NCBI GenBank assembly: GCA_038883775.1
Contig: JAVZLM010000007.1
Location: 90,589-154,588, forward strand
Direction: 5' to 3'
Origin: Candidatus Bathyarchaeia archaeon
GTDB lineage: Archaea > Thermoproteota > Bathyarchaeia > Bathyarchaeales > Bathycorpusculaceae
DNA length: 64,000 nucleotides
Numbering within the stretch: the first letter of the stretch is position 1; every line of letters starts with the position of its first letter. The notes beneath the pieces were generated by a model. That model was not told where the DNA came from and ran no database searches. It saw only the letters and a program-made list of their open reading frames with translations. This document shows positions 29,001 to 36,022 of the stretch, in pieces. The translations under genes were made by a program, and so were the position numbers.

Positions 29001-29430
29001 CACTTTTTTCAGCACGCACTTTACTTCTTTGCAGTGGCTCTAAGAGTCTTGCACGGGCTACGCCTATTCTTATAAGGTCTTTTGCTTTCTCTGTGGCTTT
29101 TTGTGGTTCTTCGCTGTGAACCCATGAGACATGCTCTCTTAGATTGACAATTTCAAGCAAGTATGGGTTTAAGCTTGCTTCAGCAACTGTTTTGCGGAAG
29201 GTTTCTTCATGCATTCTTGGCGAGCATGTGGCGATAACTATTCTGTCAAGGTTATGCGCTTTTATGTCTTCTTTAATCATGCGCTGTCCAGTTTCGGAAC
29301 ACATGTAAACATAGTGCTTAGCCACTACAACATCTGGCAATTTCTCAGCGTATTCAGCTACCTTATCTACATCAACAACTCCTGCAATGTTTAAGCCGCA
29401 GTGGCAAACGTAAACGCCTATCCTAGGCAT
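26047..29430 (-). CDS. hdrA: HdrA with inserted GltD-like NAD(P)H-binding flavoprotein module (HdrL-like)
   Basis: RIGVYVCHCG, GGGIAG, FPTLDCSAC, FIQCVGSRD, CCRIGC, EAHPKLRP and GPKDIP; insert has CRAACP, GRVCFHPCE, GSGPAG, GGGNVA, YRR and FAGGD. Confidence 0.93.
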   Translation of the reverse strand: MPRIGVYVCHCGLNIAGVVDVDKVAEYAEKLPDVVVAKHYVYMCSETGQRMIKEDIKAHNLDRIVIATCSPRMHEETFRKTVAEASLNPYLLEIVNLREHVSWVHSEEPQKATEKAKDLIRIGVARARLLEPLQRSKVRAEKSVLVLGGGIAGIQAALDLANAGLKVFLVERSPSIGGKMALLDKTFPTLDCSACILTPKMTEVARHPNIQLITCAEVENVSGFVGNYEVSIVKNPRYVDEAKCTGCGECEKVCPIALPNEFELKLAERKAIYRPYPQAVPNVYTIDKKGTARCRAACPADVNAQGYVALIAKGKFKEAYELIRKAIPFPAVLGRVCFHPCENDCERSDVEEPIAICALKRFVADYMMKQPQEKPTPIQPQYEEKIAVIGSGPAGLTAAYELVKMGYSVTVFEALPEPGGMLRIGIPEYRLPKKILAKEIEYLESLGVQIRTNVTIGKDLSFEDLKKMWYKAVFLAVGMQKSLTLGIEGEEFQGVFQGVEFLKNVNLGKKVEVGERVVVVGGGNVAIDVSRVALRLGAKKVYVLYRRSREEMPAFQPEVEQAEKEGVEFLFLKAPKRIIGENGKVVAVECFEMMLTEPDETGRRKPVPIQGSEHIIPADTVITTIGQALDMASLPNGLKLNHGTIEVDPQTLQTNIPYVFAGGDAVLGPATVIEAVAAGKRAAISIHKYLRGEDLKAVEEKGLPPVKISPKVGIEKRKRQVMPLLPIEERIRSFDEVELGFSEEMAIEEAKRCLACGGCSECLECEKVCEAKALNHKQKPQRINVKVGAIIIATGSELFDASKIQEYSFGKSKNIITNLQFERLCNASGPTNGKILCPQNGKTPKTVAFIQCVGSRDSRFHEYCCRIGCMATLKQAILTREKLGKEVDIYVCFNDMRAFGKGYDEFYGRAREMGINFVAGLPSEIRCASDGSLYFDVYDKGTNKLFELRSDLVVLASGLVPNSDLGKISSIFHVSRSADGFLLEAHPKLRPLESAITGIFIAGTCQGPKDIPDTVAQASGAAAKAIDLLASGEIELEPLKAVVDEDLCSGCRLCEAICPFVAIELKTESSDGAGRIRAEVVEAMCQGCGLCVSACPTKAIKMRHYTDEQFLAQIKAACLETEAFGGG

Positions 29431-29518
29431 CTACAAACCTCTCAAGAGTAATCTACTCCATTAGACCCCTTTATTATTCATAACGGTTAAAAACAGCAAT
29501 CTACAACATAAAACTATT

Positions 29519-30022
29519 TTAGTAAACTGAAACCTTAGCTACACCTTTTATTTTCAAAAATTCTGGGATTAATTCGCCTGGAATTTTTTTCTCAGCAATC
29601 AAAGTCAATTTTGGTTCAGGCGACAATTCTGGGTCATCTACTATTGCTTGTCTTATGCTTAAACCAGCTTTTGCAAGAAGTGAGGCGGAGCTTGCGAGTA
29701 TGCCTGGAATTCGTGCATCCACAGGCGTTATTTCAACAACTCCCAAGTCTAAATGTTTGGCAATTTCTTTTAAAGAGTGCCCTGCTGACCTTAATCCTTC
29801 GAAGATTTGTTTTAGTTCATGGTTTGTGTGGATAGCATTTAGTGTCTCATTTACGGTTCTTCTGTCTACTCTGGCGACTCTTGCTATGCGCACTGGAGGA
29901 ATTTCGATTTCATTAAGGTAGATTTTTCCGTTTCTTACGCTTAGTCCATTTTCTACAAGAACTCTGGCTACTTTTAGTCTTTCTGGATAGCCTTCTAAAC
30001 ATTTTACGATTTTGCTCCACAT
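29519..30022 (-). CDS. trpY: TrpY-family tryptophan-responsive regulator (HTH plus ACT, COG2150)
   Basis: MW..I...EGYP.R..VAR, VDRRTV, DARIPGILA, SIRQA..DDPEL, ending VSVY; divergent from trpB2. Confidence 0.88.
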   Translation of the reverse strand: MWSKIVKCLEGYPERLKVARVLVENGLSVRNGKIYLNEIEIPPVRIARVARVDRRTVNETLNAIHTNHELKQIFEGLRSAGHSLKEIAKHLDLGVVEITPVDARIPGILASSASLLAKAGLSIRQAIVDDPELSPEPKLTLIAEKKIPGELIPEFLKIKGVAKVSVY

Positions 30023-30038
30023 ATTGCGGATTCCTTCA

Positions 30039-30120
30039 TGTACTGTTTTGTGCAGTAAAGTATAAATATGTTCGTGTTGTCTTTAGTATAATACTATACG
30101 TAAATGAACAAAAAAATACA
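30039..30120. promoter_or_regulatory. Two arrays of TRP-box-like hexamers (TGTACA consensus, 4-bp spacers)
   Basis: TGTACT-gttt-TGTGCA-gtaa-AGTATA-aata-TGTTCG (30039-30074) and AGTATA-atac-TATACG-taaa-TGAACA-aaaa-AATACA (30085-30120). Confidence 0.7.
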
Positions 30121-30135
30121 TGAGGGAACATCTAT

Positions 30136-31491
30136 ATGCAACAAAAAATCAACGAAAGCTTCACAATACTTACCCCAGAAGAAATACCGAAAGAATGGTA
30201 TAATATACAAGCAGACCTTCCAGAGCCCTTACCGCCACCATTAGACCCCACAACCCTAAAACCAATAAGCCCCCAACTTCTGGAAAGAATATTCGCAAAG
30301 GAGCTCATAAAACAAGAAGTTTCCACAGAACGTTACATAAAAATTCCAGAAGAAGTTTTGGATGCTTATCTAAGGCTTCCACGCCCAACACCGCTTTACA
30401 GAGCCAAAAGATTAGAAAAGTATCTGAAAACGCCCGCCCAAATATACTTCAAATGTGAAAACTTCAGCCCCACAGGAAGCCACAAAACTAACACAGCCAT
30501 TGCCCAAGCCTACTACAACAAAGAACAAGGAATAAAAAGATTAGTGACGGAAACAGGAGCAGGACAGTGGGGAACAGCCCTAGCCTTTTCATGCACAATT
30601 TTCGGATTAAAATGCCGAATCTACATGGTTAGGGCAAGCTATTATCAAAAACCTGGCAGAAGAATCATAGCGCAAATTTATGGCGCAGAAATGTTTCCAT
30701 CACCAAGCGAACAAACAAACTTTGGCAGAAAACTGCTCAAGGAAAACCCGGAAAACCCTGGAACTTTGGGGATAGCCATAACAGAAGCCATCGAAGACAC
30801 GTTAACAAACGAAGACACTCGCTATTCTTTGGGTTCCGTTCTGAACCACGTGCTTATGCATCAGACAATAGTGGGCTTAGAAGCAAAAAAACAGTTTGAA
30901 CTTATAGACGCTTATCCAGATGTGGTTTGTGGTTGCATAGGTGGAGGTTCCAACTATGCGGGTTTCGCATTTCCCTTCATGATGGACAAACTCAAAGGCA
31001 AGACAGACACGGAGTTTGTTGCTTGTGAATCAAAGGCTGTTCCCCACACGACCAGAGGCGTTTACACTTATGATTATGGAGATACTGGCAAAATGACGCC
31101 GCTTCTGAAAATGTTAACAATTGGACACGGCTATGCTTGTCCACCCATCCATGCGGGCGGTTTGCGATACCACGGGATGGCGCCCTTGATATCTTACCTA
31201 ATACATGAGGGTTATATGCGCTCTGTGGCCTATGCTCAAAACGAAGTTTTCGAAGCTGCCAAAATCTTAGCCCAAACAGAAGGATTAATAATAGCTCCTG
31301 AGACTGCTCACAGTCTAAAATTCGTAATTGATGAGGCATTAAGATGTAAGAAAACTGACGAGAAAAAAGTAATTGCAATGAATTATAGCGGACATGGCTT
31401 GCTTGATCTAACAGCTTATGAACAGTTTCTCGGTGGCAAACTGATAGATTACGAGCCAGAAAAAATCGAAGTTCCAATTTTCAGCCATTAA
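30136..31491 (+). CDS. trpB2: Tryptophan synthase beta chain, TrpB2 type
   Basis: IPKEWYNI, RPTPLYRA, SPTGSHKTN, TETGAGQWG, GSLG-like PGTLGIAITEA, GGGSN and HAGGLRYHG motifs; no adjacent trpA. Confidence 0.95.
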   Translation: MQQKINESFTILTPEEIPKEWYNIQADLPEPLPPPLDPTTLKPISPQLLERIFAKELIKQEVSTERYIKIPEEVLDAYLRLPRPTPLYRAKRLEKYLKTPAQIYFKCENFSPTGSHKTNTAIAQAYYNKEQGIKRLVTETGAGQWGTALAFSCTIFGLKCRIYMVRASYYQKPGRRIIAQIYGAEMFPSPSEQTNFGRKLLKENPENPGTLGIAITEAIEDTLTNEDTRYSLGSVLNHVLMHQTIVGLEAKKQFELIDAYPDVVCGCIGGGSNYAGFAFPFMMDKLKGKTDTEFVACESKAVPHTTRGVYTYDYGDTGKMTPLLKMLTIGHGYACPPIHAGGLRYHGMAPLISYLIHEGYMRSVAYAQNEVFEAAKILAQTEGLIIAPETAHSLKFVIDEALRCKKTDEKKVIAMNYSGHGLLDLTAYEQFLGGKLIDYEPEKIEVPIFSH

Positions 31492-31501
31492 GGTAAAGAA
31501 A

Positions 31502-32125
31502 ATGACGGAAAAACAGGATTTCAAAATCGTTTTTCTTCCAATAGACTCTTTAAAACCCCATGAAAAAGGCTCCCCGCTATATTTGGAACTTTTGAAACAA
31601 GAGATTCTCAGAGATGGTTTGTTAAAGTATCCAATAATTGCTGATGAAAAAACCCATGTCATATTGGATGGAATGCACCGATGGCTTGCCCTAAAAAGTC
31701 TTGGTTATTCGTTAATACCAGTCCTACTTGTCGATGCCTTTCAAAACCCAAAAATTCGCGTTGGAAGGAGGAGGATTCACCGTTACATATGCGCTTCTGA
31801 TGAAGAAATAAGCGTTGAGAAAGTCATCACAGCGGGACTTAGTGGACGCCTTATGAACCCCCGCTCCACAAGACATTTTTTCAGCTTCTCAAAATTTCAA
31901 GAAATAAATTGCCCCCTTAGCAAATTGAGAAAACGTGCTCCACAAGATGTTTCCGAATATCTTGCGAAAATGACGAGAGAAGAGTGCAATTTAGCCATTA
32001 AGGAATGGTTAGAGGAAATATCTGAAGAATTAGAGTTTCTGACGAAAAGAAGGAAAGAAGTAGAAAAGGAAATGGAGGAATTCTTAAACAGAATAAAAGG
32101 TTTAAACAACCTTCTGATACATTAA
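31502..32125 (+). CDS. ParB/sulfiredoxin-fold protein, SerK/SbnI-like kinase core plus C-terminal coiled coil
   Basis: LKPHE, ILDGMHRW and PRSTRH motifs; starts 10 nt after trpB2. Confidence 0.75.
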   Translation: MTEKQDFKIVFLPIDSLKPHEKGSPLYLELLKQEILRDGLLKYPIIADEKTHVILDGMHRWLALKSLGYSLIPVLLVDAFQNPKIRVGRRRIHRYICASDEEISVEKVITAGLSGRLMNPRSTRHFFSFSKFQEINCPLSKLRKRAPQDVSEYLAKMTREECNLAIKEWLEEISEELEFLTKRRKEVEKEMEEFLNRIKGLNNLLIH

Positions 32126-32209
32126 CCCTTAGTTTTCATTCACAATTCAAATTGTTTAAGACAATAAGTTATTTAGCACTGAACAACATAATAGCTTAAA
32201 GGTCAAATT

Positions 32210-33313
32210 ATGATTTCAATTAATGCCCCACAAATTGGAAAAGAGGAAATCGATGCTGCTATCAAAGTTTTAAAAAGTGGGATTTTAACCCACGGACTTG
32301 GCGCTGGTCCGATGGTGAAACAGTTTGAAAAGGCTTACGCAAAGTTTGTAAGAGCAAAGGAAGCGGTAGCCGTAAACTCTGGAACCGCAGCTCTACATTT
32401 GGCACTGATGGCGGCGGGTATAAAACCAAGCGATGAGGTTATTCTCCCAAGCTTCACTTTCGTAGCCACAGCCGAAACCATAGTCACGGTTGGAGCCAAA
32501 CCAGTCTTTACGGACATAAACCCGGAAACATACAATATCTCTCCAGAAAAAATTGAAGAAGCCATAACAAAAAAGACTAAGGCTATAGTACCCGTGGACC
32601 TTTATGGTTTATCGGCAGATATGAAACCCATAAAAGAAATTGCCGAAAAATATGGATTAAAAATAATTGAGGACGCTGCCCAAGCCCATGGCGCACATTA
32701 CATGGGACAAAACCCTGGAACTTATGCTGATGTCGCATGTTGGAGCTTTTACGCAAGCAAGAACATGACAACTGGCGAGGGGGGAATGATAACAACCAAC
32801 GATGAGAAAATAGCAGAAAAAATTCGCCTTATGAGAAGTCACGGTGAAATGGAGAAGTATACATCCATAATGTTGGGATATAACTATCGCATGCCAGAAA
32901 TTGAAGCAGCTATAGGCTATGTTCAGCTTGAAAAATTACCAAGATTTTTGGCGAAAAGAAGGGAAAACGTTGAAAGACTTGCAAGTAAACTGAAAAGCGC
33001 AAAAGAGTTAGCATTGCCGAAAGAACCGTTGGGGTATAAGCATAGTTGGTATCTCTTTACGGTCAGATTGAAAAAAGCAAGAAGGGAAGAAAGGGATAAA
33101 ATTGTTGAAGAACTAAAAAAGAAGGGAATAGGCGCAGAAGTTTACTATCCAAATCCAATACACTTAATGCCATTCTACAAAAAATTTGGAAAACGCAAAC
33201 TTCCAGAAACAGAAAAAGCTGCAGAACAAGTTTTCTCCTTACCAGTCCATCCAGGCGTCACGGCGGAGCAAATAGAGTTTATAGGCGAAACAGTTTTACA
33301 TTTAATAGGATAG
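32210..33313 (+). CDS. DegT/DnrJ/EryC1/StrS sugar aminotransferase
   Basis: NSGTAAL, IEDAAQAHG, SFYASKNMTTGEGG and GYNYRM motifs. Confidence 0.95.
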   Translation: MISINAPQIGKEEIDAAIKVLKSGILTHGLGAGPMVKQFEKAYAKFVRAKEAVAVNSGTAALHLALMAAGIKPSDEVILPSFTFVATAETIVTVGAKPVFTDINPETYNISPEKIEEAITKKTKAIVPVDLYGLSADMKPIKEIAEKYGLKIIEDAAQAHGAHYMGQNPGTYADVACWSFYASKNMTTGEGGMITTNDEKIAEKIRLMRSHGEMEKYTSIMLGYNYRMPEIEAAIGYVQLEKLPRFLAKRRENVERLASKLKSAKELALPKEPLGYKHSWYLFTVRLKKARREERDKIVEELKKKGIGAEVYYPNPIHLMPFYKKFGKRKLPETEKAAEQVFSLPVHPGVTAEQIEFIGETVLHLIG

Positions 33314-33382
33314 GTTTTACATGTTAAGGTTTATATGGAATGATTTAGGTAGTATAGAACCCTCTTGTTAGGGTTCTAATGG

Positions 33383-34726
33383 GTGATTAGTGCCATGAAA
33401 AAAGTTAAAGTTATAATAATGGGAGCGGCGGGTAGAGACTTCCATAATTTTAATGTCTACTTCCGAAACAACGACGCTTACGAAGTTGTTGCCTTCACAG
33501 CCACGCAGATTCCAGGAATAGAGGGCAGAACATATCCCTCGGAGCTTGCCGGCCCACACTATCCTAAAGGAATACCAATTTATCCAGAAGAAAAACTGCC
33601 TGAATTAATAAAGGATTATGATGTTGACGAAGTGGTTTTTGCGTACAGCGATGTTTCCCATGAATACGTCATGCACAAAGCTTCTATAGCATTGTCAAGC
33701 GGAGCAGATTTCCGGTTAATGGGACCAAAGACAACAATGTTGAAGGCAAAAATTCCAGTGGTTTCTGTGGGTGCTGTCAGAACTGGTTCTGGAAAAAGTC
33801 AAACATCAAGACAAGTTGCAAAAATCTTAAAAAACAAGGGCTTAAGGGTTGTCGCCATCAGACACCCAATGCCCTACGGAGACTTAACAAAGCAGATTTG
33901 CCAAAGATTTGCTTCCTACGAAGACTTGGACAAACATCAGTGCACCATCGAAGAAAGAGAGGAATATGAACCCCACATTGACAATGGCATAATTGTTTAC
34001 GCGGGCGTTGACTACGAAAAGATTCTACATGAAGCTGAAAAGGAAGCGGACATCATCGTTTGGGATGGAGGCAACAATGACCTACCATTCTATAAACCAG
34101 ACTTACACATAGTCGTTGCAGATCCCCATAGGGCAGGACACGAACTAACCTATCATCCCGGAGAGGCTAATTTGCGAATGGCAAACGTCGTAATAATAAA
34201 TAAGGTGGACACAGCACAACCAGAAAACGTGAAAAAAGTCAAAGAAAACATAAAAAATGTTAATTCTACCGCTCTAATATTGGAGGCAGCCTCGCCATTA
34301 ACAGCCGACAATCCCGAACTAATCAAGGGAAAACGTGCCCTAGTAATTGAGGATGGCCCAACACTAACGCATGGAAACATGCCTTATGGAGCCGCAACAA
34401 TAATGGCGCAAAAGTCCGGAGCAAGCGAAATTGTTGACCCTAGACCTTATGCGGTGGGTTCAATAAAGAAAACTTATAGAACTTACACTCATTTAGGAAA
34501 AATCCTTCCAGCGCTGGGTTATGGAGAGAAACAAATAGCTGAACTTAAAGAAACTATTGACAGAACACCTTGCGATGTCGTGGTTATAGGAACACCAATA
34601 GACCTAAGAAGAGTCGTGACGTTAAGCAAGCCCACAGTAAGAGTCAAATATGAACTCCAAGTTTTAGGCTCTGTAACTCTTGAGCAAATATTGGAAGAAT
34701 TCCTCAAAAAAGGTGGAAAATGGTGA
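33383..34726 (+). CDS. COG2403 P-loop protein, ArcE (arginine synthetase)-like; often annotated as cyclic 2,3-diphosphoglycerate synthase/GTPase
   Basis: GAAGRDFHNFN, AFTATQIP, RTGSGKS, RHPMPYG, IEEREEYE, WDGGNND and EDGPTLTHG motifs; alternative ATG at 33395. Confidence 0.8.
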   Translation: MISAMKKVKVIIMGAAGRDFHNFNVYFRNNDAYEVVAFTATQIPGIEGRTYPSELAGPHYPKGIPIYPEEKLPELIKDYDVDEVVFAYSDVSHEYVMHKASIALSSGADFRLMGPKTTMLKAKIPVVSVGAVRTGSGKSQTSRQVAKILKNKGLRVVAIRHPMPYGDLTKQICQRFASYEDLDKHQCTIEEREEYEPHIDNGIIVYAGVDYEKILHEAEKEADIIVWDGGNNDLPFYKPDLHIVVADPHRAGHELTYHPGEANLRMANVVIINKVDTAQPENVKKVKENIKNVNSTALILEAASPLTADNPELIKGKRALVIEDGPTLTHGNMPYGAATIMAQKSGASEIVDPRPYAVGSIKKTYRTYTHLGKILPALGYGEKQIAELKETIDRTPCDVVVIGTPIDLRRVVTLSKPTVRVKYELQVLGSVTLEQILEEFLKKGGKW

Positions 34727-35106
34727 GCAGCGAAGAGCAAGAAATTTCACGTGTAAAAATAAAGTTCATAATTGAAGGATTAGGAGAAGCAGAAGGAGAG
34801 CTTGTACGCTTTTTAGCGCCAAGAACCATAGACATGCTTGTTAGAAAGCTCCCAATAGAGGGCAGAACAGCCCTATGGAAAGAAGAAGTCTACTTTGAAA
34901 CACCAATAAAAATGGGAGAAGAAAAAGCAAAAAGCACCGTAGAAAAGGGAACAATAGCCTTTTGGCCAATGGGAAGCGCCCTCTGCATATTTTACGGAGA
35001 ATCACAGCCCTATAGTCCAGTTAATGTTTTGGGAAAAATCACTAAAAATCTTGAATTATTTAAGCAAGTGAAGAGCGGAACAAAAATCAGAGTAGAATCT
35101 GCTTAA
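34720..35106 (+). CDS. Cyclophilin-like fold protein (DUF369/COG2164)
   Basis: WKEEVYF, GTIAFWPMGSALCIFYG and SPVNVLG motifs. Confidence 0.85.
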   Translation: MVSSEEQEISRVKIKFIIEGLGEAEGELVRFLAPRTIDMLVRKLPIEGRTALWKEEVYFETPIKMGEEKAKSTVEKGTIAFWPMGSALCIFYGESQPYSPVNVLGKITKNLELFKQVKSGTKIRVESA

Positions 35107-35588
35107 TAAACTAGGAAACTTTCACTCCAAATTTTTAGAAGCTTCTCACATTCATTCCTAACATCTTTCTTTCGACTTTTCTCTCTCAATCTTTTAAGAA
35201 ATTTTATGCGCACCTCAACTGAACGTTTCTCAGCCATGCCACCATAGTAAAGTTTGCCTTCCAAATACTCTTGCATGTGGTGTGCCTTTTGCACAAATAA
35301 ACTTGCAGCGTCAACAGGATTTTCTACAGCATATTTATTCGCCCATATAGAGGCTTCTGATTCCCGAAGTTGTGTTAAACCACTAATTTCAACAATACAG
35401 CGAATATACGTTCTTAAAAAGTCGTAGTAACCAGCTGTTTTAATAAGTTTAAGGGCTTGGCGCACTTTTTCCTTAAAAACGGCATCTCCCTTAATTTTTA
35501 AACGATGCTTATAGCCCTTATCGACAAATTCTTTTGCCTTCTTAACCTCTTCATGAGTGTATATTCTTTCTGGAAAAGTTTCCATCAA
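35103..35588 (-). CDS. Hypothetical protein
   Basis: 161 aa ORF with normal composition, co-oriented downstream of rps25e. Confidence 0.7.
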   Translation of the reverse strand: MMETFPERIYTHEEVKKAKEFVDKGYKHRLKIKGDAVFKEKVRQALKLIKTAGYYDFLRTYIRCIVEISGLTQLRESEASIWANKYAVENPVDAASLFVQKAHHMQEYLEGKLYYGGMAEKRSVEVRIKFLKRLREKSRKKDVRNECEKLLKIWSESFLVY

Positions 35589-35646
35589 ATCCCAAACTCC
35601 AATCAGATAATGACGAATTAAAGTAGAAAAGAAATAAACAAAAAGT

Positions 35647-35982
35647 TCAGCTTATTGGTTTGTATATTTTGATGTTATGACTACCAGAGACAAGTTGAAT
35701 TATTCCTTCATCCTCCAACTGTTCTAATAGGTCCTTTGCAGCGCTTATTCGCAAATTGAAGCGGGAAGCAACAGCATAAGGCGTTAAGACATTCATTTTC
35801 TTCAATTCGCCAACAATCTTTTCGCTTCTCGGATCTGGAGGAACTATTCCAGAAGGCTTCTTTTCTTTGGACGCAGCTTCTTTTTCCTTTTTCTTTTTCT
35901 CTTCAGCATCCTTCCTAAGCTGCATTCGCTCCATTTGTTTTAAGCTAAGCTTCTTCTTACCACCCATACCCATCAGCCTCAT
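35647..35982 (-). CDS. rps25e: 30S ribosomal protein S25e
   Basis: MGGKKK basic N-terminus and LTPYAVASRFNLRISAAKDLL winged helix; true start is probably a downstream ATG. Confidence 0.9.
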   Translation of the reverse strand: MRLMGMGGKKKLSLKQMERMQLRKDAEEKKKKEKEAASKEKKPSGIVPPDPRSEKIVGELKKMNVLTPYAVASRFNLRISAAKDLLEQLEDEGIIQLVSGSHNIKIYKPIS

Positions 35983-36022
35983 TAACTGAAAGCATCTTCG
36001 CAGTTCTTTAGGTTTTCTACGC

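Noticed and set aside
24658-29430. HdrABC as evidence of methanogenesis
   Set aside because: No mcr, mtr or mvh genes in the window, and Hdr is widespread in non-methanogens.
31502-32125. Chromosome-partition ParB
   Set aside because: No HTH domain and no parA nearby; the motifs fit SerK/SbnI-like enzymes better.
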